Shown here piece after piece: positions 12,786 through 25,849 of a stretch of DNA of 64,000 nucleotides (position 1 is the first letter of the stretch; each line of letters opens with the position of its first letter). The stretch is from Vicugna vicugna (Eukaryota). Location of the stretch: contig MU058418.1 in the NCBI GenBank assembly GCA_013265495.1, positions 744,001 to 808,000 of the forward strand. Reading direction: 5' to 3'. The position numbers and the translations under genes were made by a program. The notes below the pieces were generated by a model that saw only the letters and a list, made by a program, of their open reading frames with translations, was not told the origin of the DNA and did no database searches.

Positions 12786-13819
12786 GGGAGGGGGAGATCT
12801 GGAGAAGAGAAGAGTGCGGGGGATGGAGAGATGGTAGGACGCTGAGCGCTGCACTTGTGACCCTCACCCCTACAGCACTCTCAGACACGATCTTCAGGAA
12901 AGACCACAGAAACTGTGAAGTGCTTGATGTGGTTGAAGTTCTTGTAGAAACTGGTAAAGAGGCTGAGTTTTGCATCCTGGGTCGATGCAAATGAAACCAA
13001 GATAGCACATGAGAAGCCAGGAGGCCAAGACAAACGGATTCAGAACTGTTAAACCCAAGGAAGTAGTTAACTGTCAAGCCATAACGGGGAGGACTCTGGA
13101 CTTCCCTGGGATGTGAAAATTGGGAATTTAAGGGGCAGAAAGGTAGCCAGCTGACAAAGGGACTAGTCATGTAAGTTGGGTGTATATTCAGCTGCGTCCC
13201 TTTAGCAAAGGAGAGCGATCTTCTGGAGAAGAAGGCTTGGCTGGAATTGGTACTCTCCAAAAGAGCTACTTTAGAGTGATAGCTCACACTTTGAGAGAAG
13301 TGTTGTGGACTACTGCAATAATCTTAATCTAGCTGCATGGTTCATTCCTCAGATGTGTGTGTATGTGTGTGCATGGGGGTGGGGGGAGGGTTGTGGGATG
13401 GGAGATACAGGCCAGGCCCTGCCTGTAGGGAATGGGTGGGAGGCTCAGTTCTCTCCTCTTGAACCATGTGTGGGCTGTGTGCAAGCCTCAGGAAAATGAC
13501 CAGGTGGGAACTGAAGGGGCTGGTAAGCAGGGGATGATGTGGGGACTCAGGGACTACCTGCTTTTGGCAGCAACAGGTCATGGCAGCACCATCTAGAAGT
13601 GGGCCCTTTACTGACCTTCCAGTGACTGAGACCAGGAATGACCTCTGGGCTGAGAACAAAACCTGTAGTTTGGGGGACTCTCCAGAGAGGGATTCCCATC
13701 TTCTTCTGGTTTGTGGGAAGGAGTGTAGCCCAGTTATGTTCGTATGAACACTAAAGGAGATGGGAATAGCAAAAACTAAAATGAAAAGGAAATTTAACAA
13801 CAAATGTACAAATTTTATG

Positions 13820-14015
13820 TGAAGCTCAGTGGCTCAGAGTAGGGATTCTGGCTTCACCACATCTGTGTCTGTGGTCAAGAAACTCAGCCACTCTGTGCTT
13901 TATTTAGCTTCGCTCATCTGTAAATTGGGGACGGTAGTATTATTGTGAGGATTAAGTGGGTTAGAATAGCTATAATGTCAAGCTTCTAGAATAGTGCCTG
14001 GAATGGATGAATGAA
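13820..14015 (+). mobile_element. MIR SINE
   Basis: ctcatctgtaaattggg...ttgtgaggattaagtg...atagtgcctgg. Confidence 0.75.
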
Positions 14016-16742
14016 TGGCTGTAACAAGGGAACACAACAAGAAACAGAAGGAAAGGGGGATAAAAGCAACAAAATTATAGAAGCTGCAAAGCAGATGGTC
14101 AAGAGGGAACTGGCCTGGTAGACCCAAGAAGTCTGACCTTTTTTTCTGAAGTAGGGGATCCCAGGAAGCACACAGTTCACACCAAGAAAGCCTCTGAAAC
14201 TGAAGCTCCAGGAATCTCCAAAAATGGAAGTGACGGGGGGAATAAGAACATGAAGCCCCCACCCCCTTCCCACCCCTGTGCTGCTGGTGACGGCCCCTCA
14301 ACCTGACCAAACGAAACCTTACTCTGTTCTCTAGGACACAGGCCCAACAAGTACAAAACAAGATTCAGAGAAAATTCATATCCTTAAAGTGGGACCCACA
14401 GCACCAACCCAAACTCAGCTGCCAGACTGTTCGTAGTGAGGCTGAGACCCCCAGGCAGGACATGGGAGGGAGGAAAGATGTACAGATGGGGTTCACATGG
14501 ATGGCCCACCAAGATCCCTCTTCAGTGACTCTCACTGGTGACAAGGCTGCTCATACAAAGAGAGCTTCCATTCACATTTTAAAGACCTTACTAAATCTGA
14601 GCCATGAAAGACAGAAACCAAAACCAACAAAAAGGAAGAAAAGGAATCTGGAAAAAAAAAAAAAACAGACAAAATTCAGGGAGAAAAAAAAAAGCATTAA
14701 AAAAAATGATGATTAATGTCCTGGAAGACATAATACAACGCATTGCATCAATAACATGAGAATGGGTTGCTATTTAAAAAAAAAAAGACAGGATTAACAG
14801 GATAAAAGAGAATCCTTGGAATTAAAAATATCAGAGTAGAAATAGCAATTTTAATCAAAAGATCAAAGGATACTGTCAAGGAAATCTTCAAGATAATAGA
14901 AAAAAAAAAAGCTAACAGAAGAAAAATAAGAAGAAACCAGGGGATCAGTGTAGGAGATTCATGGCAGGCTGATGCCCCATAAAGGGTCCACAGAAGTAAG
15001 ATGCATGTCCCTGCTGGCTTCACCCTCCTGCAAGTTTATTTCAGCCAGTTTTAGGTTGTATTTGAATGTCTTCTGGGGGAAACAAGGGTTTTGGAGCTTC
15101 CTAGACAATTTTGCTGACATGAATATTCTTAAGTAAATTTTGATTGCAGCAATTTTTGTTCCTGTGCTTTAAGATGTACTTTAGAAACAGAATAAATTTC
15201 TTAAGGCAGATCCATACATCTTTTTAAGACACCATGCCGTTTTGGAAAAGTATGTTAATTGGAATATTGTTGCTGTCTCATTTGAAAATACTTTAGCAGG
15301 AGAAGCACTCTAAATAGACAGACAGATGGGTTTGGAGCTGGCACAGAGATGAGTGCTGCAGGTCAGGGGGGCCCTGTCACCTTATTCTTAGAGCTTTATC
15401 CCTTATCCATCCAGAGGTCACATCATCAACATCTTAACTGATAAAACTGCATTTTAGGTAACACTTTAGGTTAAGTCCAGTTTTCAAATACTAAACCTCT
15501 AACCACATCACAAGACTATCCCCCCAGGGCCTGGCAACAACGTGGGGGCATCCCCACTGTCTCTGGGCCTCTAAAGCAGCACAGAATGTATCATCATCCA
15601 TCTCTTTGGTCAGGAATGGGAGTAGCTTTCCTACTAATAACTCTTGATGGCCCAGATAGGTGTGATGACTCCTCAAACAGGTGATGACATCTGTCAATCA
15701 GTATTTTAATACAACCAATTTATACAAAGCAAAGCATAACATACATAATATTACATAAGCTCTCATTTTCTAAAAAAACAAACAAACAAAAAAAACAACT
15801 GAGAATCAGGACCACATATCCCAGGGCTCAGTCAGAGTCTGCCTAAATTTAGCCATTTCCTTATATGTATGTCTTGCTAAATTCTATGTATTTGGGAAGT
15901 TGTCTGGAATACAAATGCCAGTCTTCCCCACAATATCAAGTTTTTCTCCCTTTTCAGCTGGGATATGATCTAAGGCCATGAAGTTTTGGAGTATCACATT
16001 TCTCAAAGCCACCATTCTTACAGCAACATATGTCCAATCTCTCCTATGCCCTTTGTCCCTTCATACATCGGGAACTGTATATCCAAACGCTGTTCTGAAG
16101 CTTATCCTGGGTTCTTGACTCCCAGTCTCAATTTCCCTCCCCACCTCCTTTCTCTCAGGGAGCCTCTGAACATCCATACATGATTCATGTATCCAGTAGG
16201 TAGAATTCAGGGCAGGCTGCTATTCTTTACCCACTATCAGAGCCCACTCTGGATGTGCATTGAGAGGTGATGGTATGGAACCATCAGGAAGCATCACAAT
16301 GTTCCAGGAACTGCGCCCTTCTACTTCTGCCTGGGCTTATGAACGTGTATACCCTGAACAAGGGAGTAGCTTTATGGAGTAAGTGTCTTGGGGTGTTTGA
16401 GGGTTAGATTGCCAGTTGTGAGTTCTGGGTGACCAGTTTCTGGGCATTGTGGTCCCCAACCCTGGATGTCCAGAAATTCATAGGCCTAATGTGCTCCTAT
16501 CCACATCCCATGAGTTCAAGGTTTTGGTTTCCCTACCCCATAACAATGGGTGTTTTCCCTGATATTCTTCTTTGTTTATGATATTTATCAGGTTTACTAC
16601 TGGGGACAGATCACCCAGAAGTCACTGGTAGCCTGTGGCTCTTGCCTGGTTTAATACCAGGCACTATGACAGCCCATTCTTCAGGAATTATGAAGTGAAG
16701 GGTCTTTCAACCTTGGAAGGGTATATTCCCTAGCATTTTCTT

Positions 16743-17133
16743 TTTTTGTTGTTCATTTTTCTTTTTTCTTTTCTTTAATTTTTTTTTTTTTGGTATTGAA
16801 ATATAGTCGGTTTACAATGTTGTATCAGTTTCTGGTGTACAGCACAATGTTTCAGTCATACATATACATACATATATTTGTTTTCATATTCTTTTTCATT
16901 ATAGGTTACTCAAGATATTGAATATAGTTCCCTGTGCTATATGGTATAAACTTGTTGTTTATCTGTTTTATATATAGTAGTTAGTATCTGCACATCTTGA
17001 ACTCCCAATTTATCCCTTCTGTATGATCCAGCAATCCCACTCCTGGGCATATACCTGGAGGGAACTCAAACTTGAAAAGATACATGCACCCCAGTGTTCA
17101 TAGCAGCACTATTTACAATAGCCATTCATGGAT
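16743..17133 (-). mobile_element. Lineage-specific L1 3' end with 5' inversion
   Basis: T-rich tail plus antisense L1 3' UTR (16743-17020) joined to a sense ORF2-end segment (17021-17133); TSD gcattttctt at 16733-16742 and 17134-17143. Confidence 0.85.
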
Positions 17134-18574
17134 GCATTTTCTTGACGTAGATCAATTCTTTATCAAGTCCCTAATTGCCCTAGGGTTGCCACAGCCCTGC
17201 CTAGTAGGGCTGTGATTACATTACCTCTCAAGTCATAGCTGGCTCCTTACATAAGCACTGTACACAGTGCTAGGGCAAGCTGATTGGCTTAAATCTTATT
17301 CCAACCAGTATCATAGCCCAACACGTCCCAGACTAACCTCACCATTATTGAATGAGCAGTAGGGACTCTGTAAATTTCTCCCCACAAATAACAGGGCACA
17401 GTTGGCGCTGGCTTACCACCACTTGGGCAGAGCTTGTGGCCCTCCAGAGTCCCAGAGGTGACCATTTAGCCTTTAGCCCCATGCAGCAAACAGGAGGGGT
17501 GGCAAAGAAAGCATGATGTCAGGTCTGGCCCATCTTCAATTCCTCCCTAGTGTCCTCTAAAGCTCTTGGTTCAGGAGTGTCTGAAGATGGACAAATCATC
17601 AGGGGCAGTTGGTAGGAGTGATTCATTCCAGAATAAGGGTGAGGGGGAATTCCAGAATAACAGATAATCAATGGACCTAGTGAGTTGCCCATCCTGGAGG
17701 GATGTCTCCAAAGAAAAAACTAGGTGGTAAGGAACTGCATAAATATAATGAAAGTGTTCTAGTGCTGGTGAATAATTTGGGGATAAATTTGTGATTAGCA
17801 CTAAAAAACCAAGCAAACAAAAAAAGAGAGGGAGAATTATTAACCCAGTGGGAGAGAGAGAAAGATAAAGAAAAAATAACTGTAGTACATTATATGATTC
17901 AATTCTAAATAATATATACACTTTCAAAACAATATTATCACTAAGTACTGGTTTCACTAAAAATTATGCCATAACTTTATTGGGAAGATGGAAGGAGGAA
18001 AATGTGGGATGAGTTCTTCAAGCTACACCTTCATCTTCCAAAGTAAAAGATCAACAGACTATATCAAAAACAAAAAATAATCAAGAAAGGGCAATACATG
18101 CAAAGCAATTAGAAATCTAAGCAAATATCAGAAGGAAGAGCTAAAACTATGGTTGTCTTTAGAGAGTAGGGACAGGAGACAACTATTTTTGATATACATC
18201 TTATAGAATTATTTGGCCTTTTTAATCTGTTTCTCAATAGATAGATACATTTATACATAAAATCAATTAAATAAAAAATTAAGCATGCTCATTTTTATAG
18301 AAAAAAAATCATTGATCTTCTACCTCTAAGAGTGGAGGAGCTCACAAATACTATGAGCATGATTTTTTTCACCTAAGAAGAGTGGGTATTTTTAAAAATA
18401 CATAATAAAATTCAACTATAAAGTAAAAATTAAAAACAAAAAAATTTTTAATATAAACCTAATTACACTGCCTTTTTTAAAATCATAATTAAAAATGTCT
18501 GTTATTACATATACTTTATGAAAATACTTACCATTGCTTTCTAGTTGGATACTGGATTTTTTTTCTTGGAGAGA

Positions 18575-19230
18575 TCCAATGAGCAATGTAGTGTATAGAA
18601 CAATGCCTGGCACACAGTGGGCACTTAATAAATGTTTGTTAAATGATAAATGAATGAATGAGAAATACTAATTTTCTGAACATTTGTGAACATCTGAATG
18701 AGTGAAAGCAGAGACTTTTTGGGTCCTGATCTGGGATAAACGATGTGACCCACTGTGCGCCTAGCACCCAGACATCATAGACATACAAAATAGGCACCTT
18801 TTGAGCTGTCTTGCATACAGATTCTCACAGATTCCTGACTTCTGAATGTCCTTCCCCTAATTTATATTAAGTGAAATGACAGGGAATCTTTACTCATTCA
18901 TTCATTCAACAAATATGTAATGCCTTCAGTGTACCAGGCACTATTCTAGGCTCAGTTTAACAAACTGACCAAAATCTCTAGCTTCATGGAGCTTACTTTC
19001 TACTGCAAAGAGACAAACAATAAGCAAGATAAATAAATAAAATATGTACATGTTAAATGGTAATGAGTGACAAAGAGGAACATTTAAGCAAGGAAGGGGG
19101 ATAGAGACAGTCAGGGTTGCAGTAAGGAGGAAGGGCTGTAATTAAAATTAGAGTAGCAGAGAAAGTCTCCTGGAGGTGAAGGTGTGTTAAGACCTGAAGG
19201 CAGTGAAGGGGGAGCCATCTGAGCCTCTGC
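18575..19230. mobile_element. Two L2 3'-end fragments in opposite orientation (~18575-18660 +, ~18890-19230 -)
   Basis: aataaatgtttgtt...gaatgaatg and cattcattcattcaacaaata termini. Confidence 0.7.
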
Positions 19231-19602
19231 TCCTCTACTGCAGTGCGTAGTCCACACAGCCAGCTCTGTGGACCCGTCACCCACTGCTTGCTGGCAGAGC
19301 AGCCTTGGGCAAGTTACCTAACCTCTGTGTGGGCCCCTGAGAGTGGGAATAATGTCAGTTAACTCAGAGAAAGGATATGAAGATTCTAGAGATTGAATTG
19401 TTTGCTCTCTTCCATGACTTTTGTGATGTTACCAGAGAAACCTCTCTCTCCATCTATCTGCTCAAACCCCAAAGACAACATCTCCCTCCCTCCACCCATC
19501 ATATCACATCACACAATATAAAGCGGAAGGTCATCTGTATTGACCAGCATCAGTAACTTATAAATAGGTTTATAAATAAAGTGTAGCATTGTAGTCATCA
19601 CC

Positions 19603-19797
19603 TTTTTTGTGTATGAGACATAACTGATTTATAACATTGTGTACATTTAAGATGTACAACATGTTGGTTTGATGTATTTATATACTGCAAAGTGATTACC
19701 ACTGTAGCCTTAGCTAACACCTCTATGATATCACATAATTATCATTTATTCTAGGGGGAGAAAACATTTAAGAACTAGTCTCTTAGCAACTTTGAAG
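19603..19797 (-). mobile_element. L1MA-type 3' end fragment
   Basis: tgtacatttaagatgtacaacatg...acatttaaga...tctcttagcaactttgaag. Confidence 0.75.
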
Positions 19798-19974
19798 TCA
19801 CCTCTCTAATAGGCCAAGATTCTTTCCATTTTTATTCTAAAATGGTCTCAAGTTATAAATCAGCCAACTAACCCTTATCCAGAGCTTTGTTTGCCAGACG
19901 CTGTGCTAGATGCAGGGGGAACAAATACAGCCCTTTCCATCCTGGACCCCCGATCACAGATACCAGCAAAAACA

Positions 19975-20200
19975 CTCCTTTAAAATCTGAGCTCTGAGGC
20001 CAGACTGCCTGGATTCAGATCTTGGCTCTATCACATATTACGTGAGTCACCTTTGGCAGATTACTTGTGTGTGCTTCAGTTTCCACATCTATAACATGGG
20101 GGTAAAAATAGGTTACTTGTAAGGATTACATGAACTAATACATTTAAAGTGCTTATAACAATACCTGGAATGTTACAAGCTCTCAACAGATGTTAGCTTT
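19975..20200 (+). mobile_element. MIR SINE
   Basis: ctctgaggccagactgcctggattcagatc...cagtttccacatctataacatggg. Confidence 0.85.
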
Positions 20201-20399
20201 AGAAATGACATAGAAAACTTATAATATTAAAAAAAAAAAACATTTGTAACATCTAGTTTTTCCTGGGAGGAAGAGAGCTAATATCCACAAGTCTGACCTG
20301 TGTAACTGAATGAATTCCTCCTCCTCCACACATCTCTCTTTGCATCCAATGATGTACACAGGGACTTAGGACTGGTGGGGAGAGTGGGAGGTAGGAAGG

Positions 20400-21580
20400 T
20401 TTTTCTTTTTTTTTTCAATTTCATTGATATAAGCTCTTTATTATTTCCTTTGCTCTGCCTGTTCTAGGTTTAATTGCTCTTCTTTTTCTTGTTTCTTAGG
20501 GTAGAACCTTAGATTACTGGTTGGAGACACTGCTTCTTCTCTAATATAAGCATTTGAATGCTATAAAATTTCCTCTAAGCACTTCTTTAGCTGCAATCCA
20601 CAAATTAGATATAATGCATTTTCATTTTTATTTGGTTGGTTCAAAGGATTTTCAAGTTTACCTTGAGGCCCATGGGTTACATAGAAGTGTATTAACTGCC
20701 AATATTTGGTGATTTTCCAGATATCTTAATGTTACAGAATTCTAGTTTAATTCCATTATGCTCCAAGAAGATACTTTGTGAGATTTCCTTTTTTTTTTTT
20801 TTTAAACCTTTCCACCTGCCCTCCACCCCACTGGCCCAGCAGGGGCACTCTGCACATTCTCCAGGCAGCACCACCACTCTCACACAGGGGCCAAAATTCC
20901 AAGAGCCAAGAAGAGGTTTCCATTTTAAAAACTATGTTAAGGAGAGGGAGGGTATAGCTCTTCGGTAGAGCCCATACTTAGCATACACAAGGTCCTGGGT
21001 TCAATCCCCAGTACCTCTATTAAAAAATAAATAAACCTAATTATCCCCCACAAAAGAGACTAAAACAAACAAACAAAAAGATCAACTAAAAAGAAGTGTG
21101 TTAAGGTTTTCTTTATGAGTCAATATAAGGTCTGTTCTGGAGAATATTCTGTGTGCAGTTGAAAAGACTGTTTTTTGCTGCTGAGTGGAATATTCTATAA
21201 TCGTAAATTAGGCCAAGTTGGTTAATGATATTATTCAGATCTTCTGTGCCTACTGATTTCCTGTCCACTTTTTCTATCAATGATTGAAGTCTCCATCTGT
21301 AACTGTGGCTTTTTCTCTTTCTCCTTCCAGTTCTAGCAGCTTTTCTCTGCGTCTCTTTGAGTACTGCTGTTAATAGGCACACATTTCGTATCGCTGTGTC
21401 TTCTTGGAGGATTGAACCCTTTATCATTATGTGTCAGCACCATTTATCCCTGGGAACACTCCTAAGGGTGAAGTCTACTTCTTCAGGTACTAATATAATA
21501 TAGCTATTCTAGCTTTCTTCACTGTTTGTATGACATTCACTTTTCATCATTTCCTCATAATGTATCTATGTTTTTATATT
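20400..21580 (-). mobile_element. Old L1 ORF2 (endonuclease region) fragment, interrupted by younger inserts
   Basis: Minus-strand remnants MIKGSILQED..., EDLNNIINQLGL..., EHNGIKLE. Confidence 0.85.
20943..21093 (+). mobile_element. tRNA-derived SINE (camelid Vic-1-like)
   Basis: gggagggtatagctc..ggtagag (A box), gggttcaatcccc (B box), aaataaacctaatt tail; tgttaagg repeated at both flanks. Confidence 0.85.
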
Positions 21581-21584
21581 TAAA

Positions 21585-21860
21585 GTGAGACAATATCATG
21601 TGGCCTGATATATATGCAATGGGAATACCAGAAGAAGAAGAGGGAGAGAGTGAGGCAGAAGATGTATTGAAAGAACTAATGGCTGAGAATTTTCCAAACT
21701 TCCTGACAGACAGCAAACAAACCCAAAAGCTCAGAAACATCAAGCAGCAAACAAACAAAAACATCATACCTTGGTATATCGTTTTCAAACTGCAGAAAAT
21801 AAAAGATGAAAAGCAAATCTTGAAGGCAGCCAGAGAAAAAAGGTACGTTACGTTCCCTGG
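21585..21860 (+). mobile_element. L1 ORF1 remnant
   Basis: GIPEEEE...ELMAENFPN...IVFKLQKIKDEKQILKAAREKRYVT is typical L1 ORF1p sequence. Confidence 0.9.
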
Positions 21861-24253
21861 GGAAGGCAGGAGACTCTCAAAGAGTAGTCAGGAACAACAT
21901 TCCAGTGCCCCTTTAGAAGGTCATCAAGGCAAAAAGAAAAAAAAATCTAGACTTCACCAAACTTAGAGCACCTGTACTGCAGCAATCTTGAAACTTTTAA
22001 TAACATGTCTTTGAGCACAAGATAGTAGAGAAGACTCTTACTCAAAGTAATCCAGGAAAATGACTCCCCACACACCATATACTTCTGTTACCAGTTTCTT
22101 CATCAACCTGCCTGCTCTTCCCGCCGACCCTGCTAGTGACTTCTGAGCTGTCCTCCCACAGGCCCTACAAAGGGGAGTTGCAGAAGAGCCCAACACCCAC
22201 AGGCACATTCAACCTCGGGGAAGGAGACTGAACACGTTGCCAGTTGCGAATGACCCACCTAAACTTCCCGAAACAGAGGCTGGAGGGGGAGGGAAAGGGA
22301 TTTACCACAACTGCTCTCACAAGAATCAGAGGGGCCACTAGCGAAGAGGCTGGAGGGTATGGAACCAGGGCTGCTGGCGATGTCCAGCTGACCAGCTTCA
22401 GCACCTGCACTCTGGTTTCCCTACCCCTACAACAGACAGAGAAAAACCAAAGCAACAGAAAAAAAGAAGACAAAGAAAAATTATAACAATAGCGAACTGA
22501 GTAGCGGAAACAATCCAGGACACAGTATAAGGAAATGAGAATGTGTTTGTTAAAGAAAAGCCTACACGTGAGATGGTAGACAGGAAAACTGGAAAATAAA
22601 ATGTACCCCATGACAAAGAACAGTTAAATGATGGGAAACAGATGTGAATGTGTATGGAGGAGAAAAGGAAATGAAGAGACTGAGAGAAAGAAAGCACATA
22701 GTGGCTCTGAGAGGGTGAGTGGGTCTCCTGGAGCAGGGCTGACTCCCCAAAGCACGGGGATATGTGTCATCCAAGGACGGTGCCAAGGAGGTGAGGCAGG
22801 AAAAGGGTGTTGGTGCCCACATACACAAGTGATCAAATTAAACAGTCTTCTCTCCATAATCTCTTTTTACCTTGAAAGTATTGAGAAAAATTATTAATGT
22901 GCTCACAATGGATCAAGAGACTCATGATTTAAATGACTTACGGGTCCTAATTAGCACTCATAAGCCTCCAATGTCCTTAAACGTGTGCAGAAGGGTGTTA
23001 AGCCCCAGCTGCTCCTGGGCACTCACCTGGATCAAGGCTTCCTCAATTTACCAAATAACTTTATTTTTAAGGACAGAATCCAATTCATTTTCCAAATAGC
23101 TCCCTCTGGAGTCCCAAACAGCACTCGCAGTGACAGCAAGGGGACGCCCTCCCTGCAGTCAATTCTCCATCCCATTTGTTCACAAGCCAAATTTTGCACC
23201 TCCAACACACTATATATTTTAGGGAGATTAAAAATTCATATCCCCAACTTAGTGACATAAAGGATCACACTTCAGCATGCACACACAAAAAAAATCTGAA
23301 ATTAGGCTTGGGGTCAAAAAATCTGTCCTAATGCGACATGATAGCCCTGACTATCCCCAGGGGGACCAGAAATGGTGGGAGATTGCATGTGCTATTAGCC
23401 TGTTTTCATATTGGACTTAGCAGCTACTAGAAAGGTGATGGTTCTCCGGAAATTACAGAATGATTGATTGGATTCTTTTTGTCTCTATGAATTAATGGAG
23501 GAACTGGGATTTTCTTCCTTGCTTGCATGATTTCCTGTTAGTAATTAGAATATTAAAATCTTATGGGACGATAAGGTGACCAAAGTCTGAGTCTGAAACT
23601 CTTTAGTGACCATACTCCCTTAGAAAGAAATAGGCAAGGCATTATTCTGAATCCTCAGATTTCAACTGTGTGTGACAGAACACGGAGTTGCATTAGAGTT
23701 TTATTGTCCGAGTAAGAGGATACAGTGTGAGGAGGCAGGCTTTTATGAGACCCAAATTACTATGAACATTTACTGCACGTTATTAAATTTTTACCTCAAG
23801 TCCTCCGAATGCCTGCCCTTGTTTTTCTTTCCTGGACCAATTCCCAGCTCCCTGTTGAACTTGGGTGCCACACATGTTGGACAAATCTGTAGAGGATGCT
23901 CTGCTCAGAGTCCCGTTGCCACCTGCAGTGAGAGGAGACAAGTGGGCCTCTGCCCTTGGGGACAGAAGGACCCCTCCCTGAGGTGAGCATCTCCATCACG
24001 GAAAGGCTCACTGTGGAGAGGAAAGCACTTCTCCTGCCAGGAGCTCAGCTGGCCTCTCAAACCAAGCTTAAGTGTCTGACAGGAACAGTGAGCTCTCCCA
24101 GGAAGCCAGCACTTCCTGGGTTCTAGGAGCTTCCTGACCAAAGCTCCAGCCTGGTAGCCAATGCCCTGTCTATTGAGGTGCTGATGGGACCCTCAGAGAA
24201 TCATCTATCAGGAACCAGGGAATTGCACCTTCATTCATCAGCACTTCCTTGGG

Positions 24254-24661
24254 GTTATGGACTGAACTGTTTCTCACAAAAAGATATGTTGAAATTCTAA
24301 CCCCCATTACCTCAGAACATGACCTTATTTGAGATGGGGTCTTTACAGAGAGAATCAGGGTAAAGCAAGGTCATTAGGGTGGGTTATAATCCTCTATGAC
24401 TGGTGCCCTTATAAAAAGGAGAAATTTGGACACAGAGACGATGAGCTTAGAGGGAAAACAATGTAAAGAGACACAGAAAAGACACCATCTACAAGCCAAA
24501 GAGAGATCCTGGAATGATCCTTTCCTCACAGCCCTCAGAAGGAAGAAAACCTTGATTTTGAAAAATCTAGCCTCCGTAACTGAAACAATACATTTCTGTT
24601 GTTTAAGCCACCCAGTTTGTGGTACTCTGTTACAGCAGCCCTAGAGAAACTACGCTAACAC
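24254..24661 (+). mobile_element. MLT1B/C-like MaLR solo LTR
   Basis: gttatggactgaa...gaccttatttg...tgactggtgcccttataaaaagg...gtttaagccacccagtttgtggtact...cagcagccctag. Confidence 0.88.
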
Positions 24662-24870
24662 ACTTGGCTTCCTCTCCTCCAAGACTGAGCAGGTCAGGAC
24701 CAACCAGGAGCTTATCTACATCTAAGCCGGTCCTGTTTCAGGTGGGATTCCACAACGGAGTGAGGGAAACGAGCTAGCAAAGGTCAAGCAGTGTTACTAG
24801 GAATATACAGGATCCGGTCCCTCATGGGGATTGAGTCCCTTGACTCAAAATCTAAATGTAATGGACACAT

Positions 24871-24874
<4 letters not shown>

Positions 24875-24910
<36 letters not shown>

Positions 24911-24923
24911 TGTGTGTGTGTGT
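24875..24923. repeat. (TG)n microsatellite
   Basis: About 24 TG units with one TA interruption. Confidence 0.95.
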
Positions 24924-25479
24924 CCGTCCCATTGGATAGTGGGTGTGAAATTCTGGGTAGTGGGCTACCCAGAATTGAGGTCCCAGGAGGCTCCCAAAGG
25001 CCCTGGTCAGGGTGTGTAGGGTGTGTGCAGGCGGTATCATGCCTTCCATATTTCTGCCCCACCCAACAGTTCTTTGGTCTCTGGTCAGAAGGTAAAGCTT
25101 TCTGCCAAAATAGCAAAATATAGATTTGTCTCTAAAAATAAATTAATAGAAAAATATTAAGTTGCTCGAAAGGAAAGTTTCCATAGACATAAAGAGTGAC
25201 AGCTTTAGCTGAACTCCATGATCTAAATGATCAGTTGCTTCTTTTTAAAATCTGCTAAGAAAAAAAAGTTACAGACAAGGTTGTACTTGAGTTTAACTGA
25301 AACAAAACAGAGAAATTGGATTTTTTTTAACTAGTCAGGTTTCTATAAATGGAATTAAAAATGTATAGATAAGACATTAAAAAGAGGAAACAGAAATGAG
25401 TATCTCATAGTGACAGCTTCACACACATTTATCTGCCCCCACCTTTCCCTTCCTCTCTCCACATAAATTCATTCCTGGC

Positions 25480-25834
25480 TAGAGTTGCCAGAAAAAAAAT
25501 ACAGGACATTCAGTCACATTTGAGTTTCCGGTAAACAAGGAATAAACACACACACACACACACATACACACATTTAGCACACTATATGTATATACTATAG
25601 ACATATATGTATATTTACTAAATATTTATATGTATATAAAATGTAATATATATTTAGTATAAGTATTTTTCCAAATATATAATATAAAATATATATTTAC
25701 TATAAATTTAAGCAAAAGTATGTACCAAATATTGCATGAGGCACACTTAAATACTAAAAAATAATTTGTTGTCCATCTGAAATTCAAGTTTACCTGAGCA
25801 TCCTTTTGTGTGTGTGCTAAATCTGGCCACCCTG
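25480..25834. mobile_element. MER53-like palindromic hAT MITE with expanded (CA)/(TA) interior
   Basis: Termini agagttgccaga...aaatacaggac and gcatcc...gctaaatctggccaccctg form inverted repeats. Confidence 0.75.
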
Positions 25835-25849
25835 TTCTGGCCCCAAAGC

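Noticed and set aside
12649..13287. 212-aa minus-strand ORF, the longest in the track
   Set aside because: Ser/Leu/Pro-rich with no recognisable domain, a non-ATG start, and partly overlapping an MLT1 LTR; most likely chance.
20943..21015. tRNA gene-like sequence (also at ~30540-30613 and ~46205-46275)
   Set aside because: SINE heads with family-specific tails and TSDs, not bona fide tRNA genes.
21598..21966. 122-aa ORF as a gene
   Set aside because: Decayed L1 ORF1p fragment.
22165..22897. Several overlapping ORFs up to 148 aa
   Set aside because: Purine-rich low-complexity DNA; no homology recognised.
24784..25123. ORFs with CV/TH dipeptide repeats
   Set aside because: Translations of the (TG)n microsatellite.
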